A stretch of 56,615 nt of DNA, filler included, from Dugesia japonica (lineage: Eukaryota), in the NCBI GenBank assembly GCA_001938525.1. It is 6 parts of 6 records of this genome, joined end to end, with 100 filler letters (N's around TTAATTAATTAA, not from the genome) between each part and the next. Parts side by side here need not be neighbours in the genome. Positions count along the whole stretch, not along the records: positions 48,210 to 56,615 come from MQRL01642261.1; 5 more parts are not named here. The stretch is one strand, 5' to 3'. The notes beneath the pieces were generated by a model. It was not told the origin of the DNA and ran no database searches. It saw only the letters and a program-made list of their open reading frames with translations. This document shows, piece after piece, positions 52,850 through 56,615 of the stretch (its first letter is position 1; every line of letters starts with the position of its first letter). The translations under genes were made by a program, and so were the position numbers.

Positions 52850-53660
52850 AACAGTTCATTGGAAATTACTATGTATATGATTTTTTTAAGCAAAATTAAT
52901 CATAATATAGTGTCTCCATATTACAAACTACATGGAAATAAGACAATTATAACCTCAAGATCAGAAGAATTATCATTTTCTTCAGCTATAAATTGTTATT
53001 TGTTCAAGAAAATAATGATTGCATCAGTTTCTGATCATGATCACTTTACTGGTCAGTATTTGGGCGCAACATGCTAGAAATTTAATTTTGGCAGAAGTGC
53101 GAAAATGAAACTACCCGTTGTATTTCACAATTTAAGAGGGTATGATTTGCATCATATATTGATATATGGAATAAATTAATTCCCACAATGGAGTCTGAAT
53201 TTTATTCCAACAACAATGGAAACGTTTCTGTGCTTAATAGTGGATGGAACTAAATTACCAACTATGAAATTTATAGATTATTATCAGTTTACAAAATCAT
53301 CACTTGATTCAGTGGTAAAATCTTTAAAAGAGACACCGCTGACGTTAAAAAAGTTTAAGGATAGAGAAATTACATCGTCAAAGAGGATATTTCCATATAA
53401 TCATGTCACCAGTTTGCAAGTTCTGGTTGAAAATACTAAAATGCCAGCAATATGGGATGAAATTAATGAGCAAGAGTATGAAATAGCACTTGAAATGTGT
53501 GGAATAACGGATTGTAAGACATTTCTGGACTATATGATGGTTTATTTGCAGTTAGNNNNNNNNNNNNNNNNNNATTTCTTTCAACAGTTCAGATTGAAAT
53601 AGTTATCGCACAACAAATTGGAGTCATTGAATTTCTTTGGCATACCTGGTATGAGTTCTC
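52850..53660 (+). mobile_element. Polinton pPolB fragment (endonuclease VII-like domain, exo II/III)
   Basis: SDHDHFTGQYLGATC, LPVVFHNLRGYDLHHI (exo II), MKFIDYYQFTKSSLDSVVKSL, KRIFPY, CKTFLDYMMVYL, FQQFR and FFGIPGMS. Confidence 0.92.
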
Positions 53661-53803
53661 ATCATCCTTGATATCATTGAATGAATACTGCAATAAACTT
53701 TTAAAAATTTTATTAATTTAAACAAAACAAATTCTGAATAAATTAAAACTAAATTTAAAATTTTTAAAAAATTCCCNTATTAATTAGAACAAAAAAATAA
53801 AAT

Positions 53804-54052
53804 TTAATATAAAAGCTGTGATCAAAATTTAGGTTTTATTTATTGATATTCGATAACAATTCGATATTTCGACCTTGTCTTCGTCAGAAAAAAAGTCAAT
53901 TCCTGACGAAGACAAGGTTGGAATATCGAATTATTATCCAATATCAATAAATAAAACCTAAATTTTGATCAAAGCTTTTATATTAAATGAATTCTATAAA
54001 ACGATCANTAGTTATGTCCAACAATTATTCTCGCAATAATTGCAATTGTAAA
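53804..54052. ncRNA. Fold-back element carrying two head-to-head minimal type-I hammerhead ribozyme motifs (Penelope pLTR-like)
   Basis: Minus 53887-53857: CTGACGA-A-GAC-AAG-GTC-GAAA-TA-TC-GAATTG. Plus 53897-53933: CAATTC-CTGACGA-AGACAAGGTT-GGAA-TATC-GAATTA. Arms ~83 bp, nearly perfectly inverted. Confidence 0.72.
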
Positions 54053-56615
54053 AAAAAATAAAAATTTTAAAAAATAAAAAAAATTTGATCCCATCAAAAA
54101 TATTAAAATTCAAAATTCACGATAACCACAGTTGCTATGGTTTTTCACTAAGGCGAGTAGCTGCGGTTATCAGCTCACATCTACTTACTCATCTTTTTTT
54201 ATTGCTTCAATCTTTCTCATATCGTTATCACAGGGTATTTATTATTAGAATACTACTACCATCATTAGTACTATCTTAGTTATTATTGGTATTGTTTCCA
54301 TCGTTGCCAGTATTATCACTACTATTCCTGTTGTTCTCGTATTACTAATCATCTTTATTACCATCATGCAATCAAACCCATAAGTATGAATAATCATCAC
54401 AATTAAAATATTGCTNNNNNNNNNNNNNNNNNNNNNNNNNNNNNNNNNNNNNNNNNNNNNNNNNNNNNNNNNNNNNNNNNNNNNNNNNNNNNNNNNNNNN
54501 NNNNNNNNNNNNNNNNNNNNNNNNNNAGACGATGCCCAGTCTTTAAACTGATCAAACACGCTAGGGAATTAGCTCAATATACCCAGTATTTAGAACACAT
54601 CTTGAATCTTAACTAGGTAAAGCCTCCCGACGGAACAGATTTAGCTCGTTTTGCCAGGATGTTCTTTTTGGAGCCGCCCCCAACTGATGCCAGAGAATTC
54701 TTTGAATCTTCCATGTCTTATTAATAAATGTTTTTAAATATTGTACTTCTTTTTGAGTAAATCATTTATGGTTTCTATTTTATTAATAGAATGACAGACG
54801 AACGCATATGGATGCTCTTCCATTTACAAAAAAGTCGAATAATCTTCCAGCAGATTAGTAACCCATGTCGCAGATACGTCGGAATATTAAGGGATAACGG
54901 AAACACTCCTTCAAAGAACCGCATACAGTGTTGAGTGGAGGATAGCATGGAGAAGTACCTCCACTGTCATTAGCCGTCTTCCACAGAGCTACCACGAGAT
55001 AATTCCCCCNCCTCATCCACACCTTCATTTACTGTGGACTTCAAAAATCTTCCTTGGACGAGGGACTCACCACCTGAACATTTGTTTTGTATCTTGTGTT
55101 AAAATATTAGTTTTTGGTTTTATTTTGTAGTTCTTGATTATCTTACATTGTCGTAAATCTCCAGAGATTTGATGCCTAATAATAGATTCTAATTTTAAGA
55201 AAGCCACCTTTGTGATATTAATTAACGAGTGTTTTTATAATTAAGTGAATCCAAACCGAGGTAAATCATTGACTAGTAATAGAGAATCTCAACTCGATAG
55301 TAAGGATTTGAATAATCTCGCCAAGCGTAACTGATCTTTTTGGTGGTGATTTACGCCTCCCAGTTAAGCTTGAAGGCGTAAATTGCCACCGAAAAGGTCA
55401 AAAACCAGTTTTGCGAGTTCCAGAAAGATCTTTTCATGTCATATTCACAAGGATGCCTATAAAAGGCTAAACTAGAGTCATTCGCTGAATTATTACGTTT
55501 ATCCCATGATAGAGTATGTTTTGAAATTGAGAGCGCAAGTGCCTCTCTACCCTNNNNNNNNNNNNNNNTCAATACAAATTAAGCGTTAAATTGATTGATT
55601 GCAGTTTTAAATAAAGTTTTAAATGTTTTGCTTTATTTCGCTACTTTTGTTTAATCTGTAAATTGGCTTTATTTGTAAAGTTAATCAACCTTGTTAATTT
55701 TAGTTTTAATGAGGGTTGATCCAAAAACGGTGACGGACAACGTTGGGATATTTTTTGAACAATTGGATTTTGTGTTCATTCTTTAGACGCCAACTAATTA
55801 CGTGTAAATTTTGTGTTAAAATAAATGAAGTTTATCTGTAATGTTTTATTGTTAAAACCGTGTTTGAATTGAAAATAAAGCTTTTTTATTTATTGTTTTC
55901 GTGTTTAAATTTTATATTATATCATAATTACTATTTTAAAGTTATTTGATAATTTTAAACACAGCTTGAAATAAAATACCGTTTCCTTCCAAACTCTATT
56001 AATTTATCGAAACTAACTGATTTTGGACTCGGATAGAGCACGCATTATGATGAAATTTAAGTTAAATAAAATAAAAGCGCAACCTACATTCATTGAACCT
56101 CACACTCCGTACAATTAACTCGTTATCATGAGACTTAAGTCATAGTACACAACTCTCGCTATCACCAAGTCTTAAAATGCACAAAACTCGTGATCATAAT
56201 TCATCTATTGTCAATTCAGTTAATGATTTAATCTGTCCATCTTTTATTCCATATATTTGGCTCTATAATTCACACTAAATATATAATTAACAACCAGTTA
56301 ATTATTTACATATTTTCAACTTAATATAGAAAACTCCTTTACAAATAGACCTCCCAAGGTACTTTATTAACCAATTAATTATCAACTTGTAATATAAATT
56401 TATTCTTTCATTTATTATAATTCTAACCAATTATCCATGAATCTAATATTAACCTTTGAAATTAAGCAATTTAAATATTTAGAAATTTATTAGTTTGTTG
56501 GGGTGAAACACCTGTGAAGAAAGGTAATAAGACCCAAAAACCCAGAATCGGCAAAAGCGAACAGTAGAACCCGTAAACTTACTTGTAATGGAATCCAAAA
56601 GAAGAAAGCGATTAT

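Overview
Very AT-rich, gappy draft-assembly scaffold from a eukaryote, most likely an invertebrate metazoan (GT-AG introns, ADO and PIG-O genes). It is not prokaryotic, and I see no CRISPR, rRNA or tRNA. Host genes are sparse: one intact single-exon cysteamine/N-terminal cysteine dioxygenase (ADO, 1203-2075), the first exon of a PIG-O-type GPI ethanolamine-phosphate transferase (41938-42431, minus), and a probable two-exon start of an unknown gene (~22.4-22.8 kb). The rest is mostly decayed transposons: several Ty3/Gypsy copies, two TIR-complete Tc1 elements, several mariner and hAT remnants, a Penelope RT fragment, and scattered Polinton/Maverick pieces (three pPolB fragments, a packaging ATPase and terminal remnants). 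Two structures stand out. (1) A 75-bp near-perfect hairpin at 46137-46211 has AGTAG...CTACT ends and a 6-bp CATGTT target-site duplication. Its terminus matches the sequence flanking the pPolB remnant at 4.3 kb, so it is a candidate ultra-minimal non-autonomous Polinton. (2) A dispersed family of fold-back elements carries minimal hammerhead-ribozyme cores of the Penelope pLTR type (best copy at ~53.8-54.05 kb). All family assignments come from motif recognition by eye; no searches were run.
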